64,000 nt of DNA. Origin: Polyangiaceae bacterium (GTDB lineage Bacteria; Myxococcota_A; Polyangia; Polyangiales; Polyangiaceae). Each line of letters begins with the position of its first letter. Position 1 is the first letter of the stretch. This document shows, piece after piece, positions 8,574-17,070 of the stretch. The position numbers and the translations under genes were made by a program. The stretch spans positions 64,001 to 128,000 of the forward strand of contig JBILLK010000002.1 in NCBI GenBank assembly GCA_044376115.1, read 5' to 3'. The notes beneath the pieces were generated by a model. That model saw nothing but the letters and a program-made list of their open reading frames with translations. It ran no database searches and had not been told where the DNA came from.

Positions 8574-10660
8574 TGGTTTACCGCATAATCGATGACGTAA
8601 AACGCAGCGTCTTCGCCAGCGGCGTTCTGGTAGTGCTGCCGATAGACGAAGGGCGTGAAGGAGTAGCGCGAGGTCTCGAACTCGTCTTCCGGCGTCTTGG
8701 AGTTATCGACGATGGGGGGTACCTCGCCGCCGAAGTTGGTGTCTTGTCCCACCGTCAGCGAATAGGCCGTACCGAACTTGGTCGAGACGGTGCCTTGCAG
8801 CTCGACGCCGAAGGCCCCGAGCGAGCCGCCGACGCCGATCTTCGTGTTTTGCGCCTCGGTGTTGGTCTCCGACTCGCGGATGCTGGCCGACCAACCCACG
8901 CGACCGACGTCACTGACGATCACCGGCGGTAGCTCGGGAAAGAGCATATCTTCGGTCGGGATGGATTGACCATCGAGGCTGAGCGGCTCGGTTGCATAGC
9001 TATCTACGTCGCCCACGCGGCTCGCCAGCGGAATCACCGGTAGCGTGCCGAGCTTCTCCGCCATGCGGTTGTAGCGGCTGAGTGACCACAACCCGACCTG
9101 GCCGCCGACCGGCACCAACACCTCGAAGGGCTTGTTGTTCGGACCGAGCTTGCCGGCCGGATCCTCGGTCACGTAGCTGTAGTGATGAAAGCAGCCGCAG
9201 GAGAGGACCACGCCGGCCTGGGCGCCGCCGAGCATGTTCTTGTCGCCTTGCAGTGCGTAGCTTTGGCCAATCGCGAAGCCGCTGGCGAGCGAGCGGGTCA
9301 GCACCGTCTCGCGCTCGAACTGCGCTTGCACTTTGGCTTTGGCGATCGAGCCGAGATCCGCGCCGTAGCTAACGACGAGGCCCGCCGTAAGCGCAAGCAT
9401 CTCCGATTGCGCCACCGATTGGCTCTCCACGTTGCCGAGCGTCACGCGCCCGAAGCCGTCGGATACATCGAGTTCGGTCGGTGGGACCACCAGCAAGGCC
9501 ACCGGCACCGTCTCGCCGGAGATCAGCTCGGGACCTTCCAGCAAGCGTCCGGCCGGTGAATCCCCGTCCCAATCGAAGGAGGCGATGCGCTGCGCGGTGG
9601 TGCCGATGCTGAGTTCGATCTGGTCGTAGCTCACGAGTGCGGAGCCGTTGAAGCTCAGGCTCTCCACGGTGCGGTCATCGCGTAGCAGGTGCACCTCGTC
9701 GATGCCGTCGGACTCGTCGTCGCGCGTGGTGACGTCCACACTGCCGGAGTCGACGTTGGTCGACGAGAGGACGTTCTCGCTCTGCGGAGAGAAGACGTGC
9801 AGTTTGTCGCTGGCCCAACCCCAGTAACCGCCGTCCTCGAGCAGCAGCACCTCGGCGGCGCCGTTGCCGTCGAGGTCGCCTGCAGCGAGCGAGAGCACGG
9901 CCTTGTTGAGCGTCCAGGCCAAGAGCTCCTCTTGACCGGTCTTGCTGGCATCGACGTTCCACACGTACAGCGTCGCTTGGTCGCCCATCGATTCGAGCAT
10001 GAGCACCTCGGCGTAGCCGTCGCCGTCCACGTCGGCCGCGCTTACGTCGCTCAGCTGTGCGCCTTCCAACGTCGCCTCCGAGCAGCTGCCGGTGCGCACA
10101 TCGCATTGCGCGATGAAGCTCTCGCCGACGGCGAAGAGCTCGTCCACGCCGTCCGCGTCCACGTCGCCCGAGGCCAGCGCGGTCGGCTCGAAGCTGAGCT
10201 CCAGGTTGCTATCTCCATCGCCGCTTTGAAGCCGCACACCTTGCAGTCCGTCGATCGCCGCGGCGATGGTGTGCGGGCGGGTGCCGGTGAGATTGCCGCC
10301 GGCCAGATCGCGTAACAGCAACCCCGAAAGGTCCCACGAGCCCAGGTAATCGGCGCCTTCGAAGCCGTCCACGTAGGACTGATCCCCGACCACCGCGAGC
10401 TCCGAATCGAGCTGCAGATAGCGGTGCTTGCCGAGCGGGGCGCGCGACTCGAAGTCCTCCGCGCAGCGCTGCATCTGGCACACGCCGTTGAGGCAGGTCT
10501 CGCCCGGGCCACACGCATCGTCGTCGCTGCAAGCCACGTCATCGCTGGTCCATGGCTTCGAGCCGGGCGGGTCTCCCGGGGCGCCCGGGATCGATTCCTC
10601 AGCACATCCGGCGCTCAGGAACAGTGACAATCCTGCGACAAATCCCTTGAAATTGCTCAT
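8570..10660 (-). CDS. FG-GAP/VCBS repeat lipoprotein with C-terminal Ser/Thr-rich beta-hairpin domain
   Basis: Lipobox SAGC; Cys-rich module; repeats GDVDADGVDEL, ADVDGDGYAEV, GDLDGNGAAEV; ATG 10660 preferred as it lies downstream of the sigma54 promoter. Confidence 0.8.
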   Translation of the reverse strand: MSNFKGFVAGLSLFLSAGCAEESIPGAPGDPPGSKPWTSDDVACSDDDACGPGETCLNGVCQMQRCAEDFESRAPLGKHRYLQLDSELAVVGDQSYVDGFEGADYLGSWDLSGLLLRDLAGGNLTGTRPHTIAAAIDGLQGVRLQSGDGDSNLELSFEPTALASGDVDADGVDELFAVGESFIAQCDVRTGSCSEATLEGAQLSDVSAADVDGDGYAEVLMLESMGDQATLYVWNVDASKTGQEELLAWTLNKAVLSLAAGDLDGNGAAEVLLLEDGGYWGWASDKLHVFSPQSENVLSSTNVDSGSVDVTTRDDESDGIDEVHLLRDDRTVESLSFNGSALVSYDQIELSIGTTAQRIASFDWDGDSPAGRLLEGPELISGETVPVALLVVPPTELDVSDGFGRVTLGNVESQSVAQSEMLALTAGLVVSYGADLGSIAKAKVQAQFERETVLTRSLASGFAIGQSYALQGDKNMLGGAQAGVVLSCGCFHHYSYVTEDPAGKLGPNNKPFEVLVPVGGQVGLWSLSRYNRMAEKLGTLPVIPLASRVGDVDSYATEPLSLDGQSIPTEDMLFPELPPVIVSDVGRVGWSASIRESETNTEAQNTKIGVGGSLGAFGVELQGTVSTKFGTAYSLTVGQDTNFGGEVPPIVDNSKTPEDEFETSRYSFTPFVYRQHYQNAAGEDAAFYVIDYAVNQ

Positions 10661-10678
10661 GGTTGCGCTCGCCACTAA

Positions 10679-10694
10679 GGCAAAGCGCGGGCCA
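10679..10694 (-). promoter_or_regulatory. Sigma54 (-24/-12) promoter
   Basis: Minus strand TGGCCCG-CGCT-TTGCC, exact GG-N10-GC spacing. Confidence 0.6.
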
Positions 10695-10848
10695 TTCGCC
10701 GCAACCCTCGGCTAGCCCACCTTGGCGGTAGACGTGAGCCCGCTGGGTGGATCATCGGTTATTCGACTGAGCATCCGCAGACCCAACTAGCCGTGTTTTG
10801 CTGCTCGAAATGCCGCGGGATTGTCACCGCGTAGTCACCGAGCGCTGG

Positions 10849-11943
10849 TCACCAGTGAACGTACGCACCGACCGCTTTGTGCATCGAGTACGAGCTGGGT
10901 TTGTCCTTGCCGGTGAGGGCGGCGTCGGCCGCGCCGGCTTCGTCGAAGTCCACGGTGATAGCGCCCGAGGTGACCACCGGCTTGGCGTTGTACTCCGGCT
11001 TGTACTTGGCGAAGAGGAAGTCGTAGCGGCTGCCGAAACGCATGGTGGCGTTATCGACGAGGCAGGCGTCGCGCTCGAACTCGGAGGCAGCGTCTGCTGC
11101 GCAGTCGGCAAACACCGGATCGACGTAGCCGAGGTTGCCGGCGTCGCCGAGGCCGACGTTGGTGCGGCGGTACCAAGGGCGGAAGCCTGAACCAGGCTGC
11201 TTGGGGGTGGTCAGCTCGGGGAGGTTGGCGTCGCCGCCGAAGACGCGAAGTTGGGCGCCGGTGTAGCTCGCCATGATCTCGTCGGCGGCGCGTGCGTTGG
11301 TCACGCCGCAGCCATCGACGACGGGCCAGTGCACCGAGCCCACCGCGATCTCGGCAAAGCCGTTGCCGTGCGGTCGCAGCCGGTCAGCGAGCTTCGCCGA
11401 CACGTTCACGTAGCGGGCAGCCTTCGCCTCGCCGCAGCCTTCGCCTACGCGTGAGCGCCAGGTCTTCTTGGTACCGTCGACGTAGCTGAAACGCGACTTG
11501 CGGTAGACGATGGCGTTGGTCTGATAGCGCTTGGCTGCGCAATCCGCCTCATCCCAGGGGGCCGGGTCGCGCTCGGCTATGATCGTTCCGTACTCCTCGC
11601 CAAAGAGCTCCTCCATGCGCGCGACCAGCACGTCGTCGAGCTGTGCGTTGTCGCTCACCTGCTGGAAGAGCACGATGTCGGGCACGCTGTCGCCGCTCGC
11701 GAGAAAGTAGAGGAGGTCTTGCCAGTCGCCCTCGCAGGACTCGGGTTCACCGGCTGCTGCCTTCGACAAATTCTCGATGTTGCTCGTGTAGATGAGGATC
11801 TTGGACGGGTCTTGGTTGCTCAGGGTGACGTCGTCCTCAGTCACCGTCTCCGCAGAGTCGAAGGGCTGGCCACCGGGTGCGCAACCCAGCGCGAAGGCGA
11901 GCGTCAGCGGGGCGAAGAGCGAGCGAGAGAGCTTGGCGAGCAT
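10849..11943 (-). CDS. Endonuclease/exonuclease/phosphatase (EEP) family lipoprotein
   Basis: Lipobox ALGC; TSNIEN, PDIVLFQQ, SVHW, GGDAN, RYDFLF, SMH motifs. Confidence 0.8.
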   Translation of the reverse strand: MLAKLSRSLFAPLTLAFALGCAPGGQPFDSAETVTEDDVTLSNQDPSKILIYTSNIENLSKAAAGEPESCEGDWQDLLYFLASGDSVPDIVLFQQVSDNAQLDDVLVARMEELFGEEYGTIIAERDPAPWDEADCAAKRYQTNAIVYRKSRFSYVDGTKKTWRSRVGEGCGEAKAARYVNVSAKLADRLRPHGNGFAEIAVGSVHWPVVDGCGVTNARAADEIMASYTGAQLRVFGGDANLPELTTPKQPGSGFRPWYRRTNVGLGDAGNLGYVDPVFADCAADAASEFERDACLVDNATMRFGSRYDFLFAKYKPEYNAKPVVTSGAITVDFDEAGAADAALTGKDKPSSYSMHKAVGAYVHW

Positions 11944-11955
11944 CGTTCGCTACTG

Positions 11956-11971
11956 AGCACCCCGCGTGCCA
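11956..11971 (-). promoter_or_regulatory. Sigma54 promoter, near-leaderless
   Basis: TGGCACG-CGGG-GTGCT; -12 GC about 14 nt before ATG 11943. Confidence 0.6.
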
Positions 11972-12063
11972 GCCAAAAGTGCCTTCAATCAAGGCGGAAA
12001 CCGCGTTCACGTGGGTTCGCTGAGGTCGCGTTGATCCAGTGAGTCGAACCGGCGCGGATGTAG

Positions 12064-12092
12064 TTGAAGGTGCCCGCATCCGTTCGTACCGT
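12064..12092 (+). promoter_or_regulatory. Sigma70-type promoter, leaderless transcript
   Basis: TTGAAG-17 nt-TACCGT, 6 nt before ATG 12099. Confidence 0.55.
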
Positions 12093-12098
12093 GGTCTC

Positions 12099-12782
12099 AT
12101 GCTGATCCCGCGTGAAGGCACCATCGTCGAGTTCGATAGCGGTGGAGGCGTGGGCACGATCGCGCTCGACGACGGTGAGCGTGTCCGCTTTGGCTATTCG
12201 GTTTGTCGCTTCGCGGTTCCGCAGGTTGGGCTGCGCGTGAAGGTGCTTGGGACCGAGCCGGGCTTTCGTGGGGTGCTGAAGGCGAGGGCGGTGGAAGAGC
12301 GCGCGCCCGCCGTGGTCGCTGCCGTGACGCCGCCTCCAAGCTCGATGCTCGCCCAATGGGAAGCGCTGGGCGTGGCGGCCGAGCCTGCGTTGCTGGCGCT
12401 TTTGCGCGCGGTCGACGAGGACGCAGGCTTGCTCACCGACCTCGAGCGGATGTCCTTCGAAGTGGCGCCGCTACGGGCAGCCGACATCGATTGCGACCAC
12501 GAGCGCTTGACCATCGTGGCGATGGACGGATCCGGCAACGCCTTCGGCCTTTGGAATGACGGGACGTCTGCGGAGCCGCTGCCGTGGGCGTTCTACTCCC
12601 ACGAGGACGACGGGCTGACGGTGACCGCTCAAAACACGGCGGAGTTCTTGTCGCGGCTGCTCGATCACTTCACTCGCAACGAAGGCGAGGCCGACGTCGC
12701 TCTACGCGTGCGCCAAGCACTCGAGGCGCTCGGTGTGCGGTTGCAGCCCGCTGGTACGCATCAGAGCTCCATGTTCGAGTAG
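12099..12782 (+). CDS. Cold-shock/OB-like domain fused to SMI1/KNR4 (SUKH)-like domain
   Basis: N-term GTIVEFDSGGGVGTI..DDGERVRF; C-term IVAMDGSGNAFGLW...WAFYSHE...TAQNTAEFL. Confidence 0.65.
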   Translation: MLIPREGTIVEFDSGGGVGTIALDDGERVRFGYSVCRFAVPQVGLRVKVLGTEPGFRGVLKARAVEERAPAVVAAVTPPPSSMLAQWEALGVAAEPALLALLRAVDEDAGLLTDLERMSFEVAPLRAADIDCDHERLTIVAMDGSGNAFGLWNDGTSAEPLPWAFYSHEDDGLTVTAQNTAEFLSRLLDHFTRNEGEADVALRVRQALEALGVRLQPAGTHQSSMFE

Positions 12783-12796
12783 CGAGACAAAAGGCG

Positions 12797-12837
12797 AAAG
12801 GCCCGAGCTCGAACCTTGGTTCGAGCTGCGGGCCTTT
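12797..12837. terminator. Bidirectional intrinsic terminator
   Basis: AAAGGCCCG-AGCTCGAACC/GGTTCGAGCT-G-CGGGCCTTT hairpin between convergent genes. Confidence 0.8.
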
Positions 12838-12864
12838 ACGTGAACGTGACGGAAGCGAAGAAGC

Positions 12865-13437
12865 TTACTTCTTCGGCTCTTCCTTCTTGTCGTCTTCCTT
12901 CTTGTCGTCGTCTTTCTTGTCGCCGTCTTTCTTGTCGTCGTCGCTCTTCATCTTGTCCATGAGAGCCTTGACGTCCGGGTCCTTCTCGCACTTGGCAACG
13001 CCGGCGATGAACTCCTTGCCGAGGGGCTCCATGGCCTTCTCCATGGCAGCGTCGAGAGCCTTCTTGAGCTCCGGATCAGCCTTCTGCTTGGCTTCCCACT
13101 CGTCCATGGCCTTGATCTTGGCGTCGTCCGGGAGGACAGCCTTGATCGCCTCAGCCATCTTCTTGCAGTCAGCTGCGTTGTCTGCGACGGCCTTGAGCAC
13201 GGCGCTCGAAGCCTTGACGTACTCGTCGAGCGTGACGTCGCCAGCGGGGGCAGCGGCGGAAGCCGAGGCCGGGGCGGGGGCTGCCGAGGGCTTGGCGCTC
13301 GCCGAGGCGGCGGGCTTGGCCGAACCGGAGGCGGCGGGCTTGGCGGACGCGCTAGCCGAACCTGCGCCGGCTCCACCATCACCACAACCGAGTAGAGAGA
13401 CCAGCAGGAACGCGACGCCAACCGATTGCTTGAACAT
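12865..13437 (-). CDS. Helical Lys/Asp/Ala-rich lipoprotein
   Basis: Strong SD AAGGAGG, lipobox LLGC, SASAKPAA linker, two Cys, KKDD tail, strongly biased codons. Confidence 0.85.
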   Translation of the reverse strand: MFKQSVGVAFLLVSLLGCGDGGAGAGSASASAKPAASGSAKPAASASAKPSAAPAPASASAAAPAGDVTLDEYVKASSAVLKAVADNAADCKKMAEAIKAVLPDDAKIKAMDEWEAKQKADPELKKALDAAMEKAMEPLGKEFIAGVAKCEKDPDVKALMDKMKSDDDKKDGDKKDDDKKEDDKKEEPKK

Positions 13438-13498
13438 GAATCCTCCTTAGGATGACGGCGGCCTTACACTTTGTGTTCGCGCTGCTGTCAACCGCTTT

Positions 13499-14020
13499 TT
13501 AATCTTCCGGTTCCTCGCGCGGCAGCGGCGGGGGTGCTACCCGCTTCGGTTTCACGGCTTTTGTGGGCGGAAGCGTAGGGGGGCCCGGTTTGCGTTTTGC
13601 GGCCGCGGGGGCGTTGGCGGTCGAGGCTTTGCGTTGAGGCGGCCGGCTCGAGCGGGTGCGCTTGGCCGGTTCCGGCTCGGCCGGGGGCTCGAGCCACTCG
13701 AGCCGAACCTCCATCGTCTCTTTGCGCTCCATGGGCGGACGACTGGTGCGCTTGGCCGTCGGCTTGGTTGCTGTCTTGGCCGGCTTGGTCTCGGGTTCGA
13801 GCCAGGAGACGTCCACCTCCATGGTCTGCTTGCGTACGGGCGGCGGGCCCAAACGCGGCGCCAGCGGCGAGCGCTTCGGTACCGGCGGCGCAGCGGGCGG
13901 CGGGCCCAAACGCGGCGCCAGCGGCGAGCGCTTCGGTACCGGCGGTGCAGCGGGCGGCGGCGGAGCTTGCGGTGGGACGGGGCGAACGCTCTTCTTGGGC
14001 GGGGGCTTGGTGCTGGCCAT
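13499..14020 (-). CDS. Pro/Lys-rich disordered protein with duplicated motifs
   Basis: 19-aa tandem repeat and two K(Q/E)TMEVxxxWLEP motifs. Confidence 0.65.
   Translation of the reverse strand: MASTKPPPKKSVRPVPPQAPPPPAAPPVPKRSPLAPRLGPPPAAPPVPKRSPLAPRLGPPPVRKQTMEVDVSWLEPETKPAKTATKPTAKRTSRPPMERKETMEVRLEWLEPPAEPEPAKRTRSSRPPQRKASTANAPAAAKRKPGPPTLPPTKAVKPKRVAPPPLPREEPED
13838..13960. repeat. 57-bp in-frame tandem repeat (about 2.2 copies)
   Basis: Units start at 13838 and 13895, one mismatch; encode PPPAAPPVPKRSPLAPRLG. Confidence 0.9.
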
Positions 14021-14150
14021 CGTTGTTTTCTAGCGTACCGCGAATATTGCAGTGGGAGCGTTGCTCGTCGCACTCGATTGAACGCCCGAGGGAGGAACCA
14101 GGGATGCCGCTCGTACCAGCGGCACCCCTTTCACCCTCTTGAGGTCGCTC

Positions 14151-14378
14151 GTGAAAATTTCGTCGCTTCTGACCGGTGCCTTCGCAGTTGTTAGTCTCTT
14201 CGCCGTCGGCTGCGGAGATCCCTGTGGTGACCTTGTAGCGGCCTGCGAGGAGTGCACCGATGAAGTGGAGCGAAGCAACTGCATCTTGGGCGCAGAGCTG
14301 GCGGATGCGCTGGGCGCTGATGACGCCTGCCAAGATGCGCTCGACCAGGGCGATGTTTGCACCGCCTCCGCAGAGTAA
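14151..14378 (+). CDS. Small Cys-rich lipoprotein
   Basis: GTG start, lipobox AVGC, six further Cys. Confidence 0.7.
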   Translation: MKISSLLTGAFAVVSLFAVGCGDPCGDLVAACEECTDEVERSNCILGAELADALGADDACQDALDQGDVCTASAE

Positions 14379-15687
14379 AGCGCTCGCGGCGCTCGCGGCG
14401 CTAGTTCTCGTCGGCGCGGCTTGTCGTGAGTCGCCTGCAATGACGCCTCGCGAAGACCCTTCATTGGGCTCTTCACGAGGCGTCGCTCTTTCGGCCGTAG
14501 CCAACGGCTCCGCTGTGGTCTCTGCGGCGATACCATCGGCCGCAAGCGTCACTCCGCCCAGCGTCGCTTCGACGTTGCCGCCAGGGGAACCCGCTTCATT
14601 GCTGTTGGTCGCTGGCGATCTCGTGGATAGCGCGTCGCTCGCCTTGCAACACACGCTGACGACGGATCCCGTCGTGACCGGCGCGCTCGCCGACGGGACG
14701 GCGTACCTCATGGTGCGCGCTGGTACGCAGCTCGAGCTGCGAGCTTTCTCCACCGCCGACGGTGCGCGTCGCTGGTCGAGCCCAGTGAGTCAATGCTTGC
14801 AGCCGGTTGCAACCGCAAGCGGCGTCTTCTGCGGGACCGACCTCGGCGTGGTGCATTTTTCGCGCAACCAGGGTTCCTCACGCACTGTGGGAGCGCCGAT
14901 GGCGGTGGCGAGTTTGATCGGCCTCGGTGAGCGCGTCATGGCGCTGAGCAAATCACAGTCGGTGCAGGTGCTGAGCGCAGCCACTGGCGCGCGGCTCGGT
15001 GGGCTCGAACTCCCCGAGCAGCCGGTGAACGGCCTCTTGCGTTCGCCGCTGGTGCGCGCCGGAACGCTCGCTTGCGGCGTCTCTCCCAACAACAAAACCA
15101 CGACGCTGATGTGCGTGGATGCCACGCCCAAGCTCGTGTTTCGCTCGGAGCTTCAGGTCCCGCAAGGCACCCTGCGTCAGGCCAATGAAAATCTGCTGGT
15201 GGTGTCCTCCTGGCGAGATGAGCCCGCCGCCTGCGAGGTGCTTTCAACCTCCACTGGCGCACGGCTCGCGCGGGCCAACTCCGCTTGTGCCGCGGCTTTC
15301 TCGCAAGGCAACGCCGTGAGCTTGCTCACCGTCGAGCCGAAACTGCGACGGCTCGATGCGAAGGGCGCGGTGCAATGGGAGCAGGCGGCTTCGTGGCGGG
15401 AGGCCGCGCGCGTCGTGCAGGTCGGTTCACTGTTGATCGTCGCGAACTACAGCCCGATCGCCACCGGAACGACGCTCTTCGCCCTTGACGTGACGACCGG
15501 CAAACCAGCGTGGACGGCCGATGTGGACAGCCTGCCGATCGAACACAGCAAGTACGCAAACCAAGTGGAGCTCGAGCTCACCGAACGCGGCCTGCTGCTC
15601 CGTGGCCATGAATCGAGCCAGGAGTTCGCCCAATTGTTCGACGTCACGAGCGGCAAACGGCTGGGCTCGGCGGTGCGGCGTCGCTAG
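14353..15687 (+). CDS. PQQ-like beta-propeller lipoprotein
   Basis: Lipobox GAAC; blades AFSTADGARRW, LDAKGAVQW, ALDVTTGKPAW, FDVTSGKRL. Confidence 0.8.
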   Translation: MFAPPPQSKALAALAALVLVGAACRESPAMTPREDPSLGSSRGVALSAVANGSAVVSAAIPSAASVTPPSVASTLPPGEPASLLLVAGDLVDSASLALQHTLTTDPVVTGALADGTAYLMVRAGTQLELRAFSTADGARRWSSPVSQCLQPVATASGVFCGTDLGVVHFSRNQGSSRTVGAPMAVASLIGLGERVMALSKSQSVQVLSAATGARLGGLELPEQPVNGLLRSPLVRAGTLACGVSPNNKTTTLMCVDATPKLVFRSELQVPQGTLRQANENLLVVSSWRDEPAACEVLSTSTGARLARANSACAAAFSQGNAVSLLTVEPKLRRLDAKGAVQWEQAASWREAARVVQVGSLLIVANYSPIATGTTLFALDVTTGKPAWTADVDSLPIEHSKYANQVELELTERGLLLRGHESSQEFAQLFDVTSGKRLGSAVRRR

Positions 15688-15709
15688 GGTGCGAACCGGC
15701 GAACAGACC

Positions 15710-16870
15710 CTACGCGAGCAGCTCCTCGGCGATCGGCCTCACCACCAGACGGTGCGCCTCCGCGAGCGCCTTCTCAATCTCCGCGGCCGGCGGCCGGCCG
15801 TGCGCCGCACACGCCCACCCGGAGTCGGCGGCGCTTGCGAGCGGCTGTGCAAAGGCCTCGCGCGCAGCCTCGCGCACCGCATCGCCGCCTTCACGCAGCA
15901 GCCAGGCGAGGGCGCGCCACGCGAGCTCAGCGTGCCGCGACTCATCGCGCACGATCGTCTGCAACGCGGCGCGTACCGCAGGATCCGTCGCAGTCTCGAG
16001 TTGGAAGGCGGCCTGCGCCGCGGCCAACGTCTCCCCGATGCAGCCCTCGCGTACCACCGCGCGCGCGATCTCCGCCAGATCCTCACGCACTTCGAGTGAG
16101 CCGCCCATCGGGAACTTGGCCGGCCGTAAGGCCGTACTCGCGTAGGTCGACGCGAGTGCGAAACAGAGCTTTGCGTGCTGCACCTCGTCGAGCGCCGCGC
16201 GATGCGCATCGGCGATCAAGTCCGCCGGCGCTCCCACCGCGAGCAGCTCCAGCGCGAAACGCCCGAAAGACGCCACCGAAGCGTGCTCGAGCAGAGCGTC
16301 GCTAAGCCACGCTTGCGCCAGCTCGCGTCGGTCTTCCGCGCTCAGCCCGGCCAGGCTCGGAGCAGCCGCCTCACTCCAACCGCTCAGCGCCGCGCCCACC
16401 GTCGCGACAGCCTTTTTTCCGGCCACGACGAACGGCCGACCCACCCCACACTCGTCCTCCGAGCCCGCCACGAAGCTGTAGCAACAAAGCCCGTCTTGCA
16501 CCCAAGGCAGGCTCACATTGGCCGGCGGAATGCCGCAAAAATTGGTGGGCAAAAATGGCAACGCTGCGTCCGGGCCGAGGCAGTCGAGCTCGCTCATCGG
16601 CGGCGGCATCACCTCGAGGCAAGCCGATTGGGTCGGCGCGCCGCCTGTATTGCCACCACCGTCTGCAACGAAGCCGCCGTTGTTGTTCCCCCCGCCTGCG
16701 TTGAAACCGCCTTCGTTCCCGCCTCCTGCGTTGCCCCCCGCCTCGCCGCCACCGGCTCCGCCGTCCTCGACCTCGATCGTCGAGTCGCAGGCCGTGCCCA
16801 GGACCGTCAGCAGCAGCGTGGCCCGAAGTCGTGAGCGAAAGGCGTGATTGAAAGTCGTCGCGGAGGTCAT
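15710..16870 (-). CDS. Ferritin-like di-metal domain lipoprotein (myxobacterial GRP...EHAS family)
   Basis: Lipobox GTAC, Gly/Asn linker, CCY, GRP, EHASVASF, DEVQHA, EGCIGET, DESRHA. Confidence 0.85.
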   Translation of the reverse strand: MTSATTFNHAFRSRLRATLLLTVLGTACDSTIEVEDGGAGGGEAGGNAGGGNEGGFNAGGGNNNGGFVADGGGNTGGAPTQSACLEVMPPPMSELDCLGPDAALPFLPTNFCGIPPANVSLPWVQDGLCCYSFVAGSEDECGVGRPFVVAGKKAVATVGAALSGWSEAAAPSLAGLSAEDRRELAQAWLSDALLEHASVASFGRFALELLAVGAPADLIADAHRAALDEVQHAKLCFALASTYASTALRPAKFPMGGSLEVREDLAEIARAVVREGCIGETLAAAQAAFQLETATDPAVRAALQTIVRDESRHAELAWRALAWLLREGGDAVREAAREAFAQPLASAADSGWACAAHGRPPAAEIEKALAEAHRLVVRPIAEELLA

Positions 16871-16881
16871 GCCGGCCGGCA

Positions 16882-16897
16882 AGCAGCGGACGTGCCA
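16882..16897 (-). promoter_or_regulatory. Sigma54 promoter, leaderless
   Basis: TGGCACG-TCCG-CTGCT; -12 GC 13 nt before ATG 16870. Confidence 0.6.
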
Positions 16898-17070
16898 AGC
16901 CTTTTGCGCGGCATTTGCGGCAGTTGGCTCAACCGCGAGCCAAGTTGTGCCGCTGATTCGCGGCGGCTCGTGCGAAGCACTCGGCGTTCGTGGGGGGAGC
17001 GGCCCATGGTGAAGCCTTGCTCGCGTGTGCCTTGACGCTCATCGCTCAGGTCAATAGCTCTTCGTCCAAG

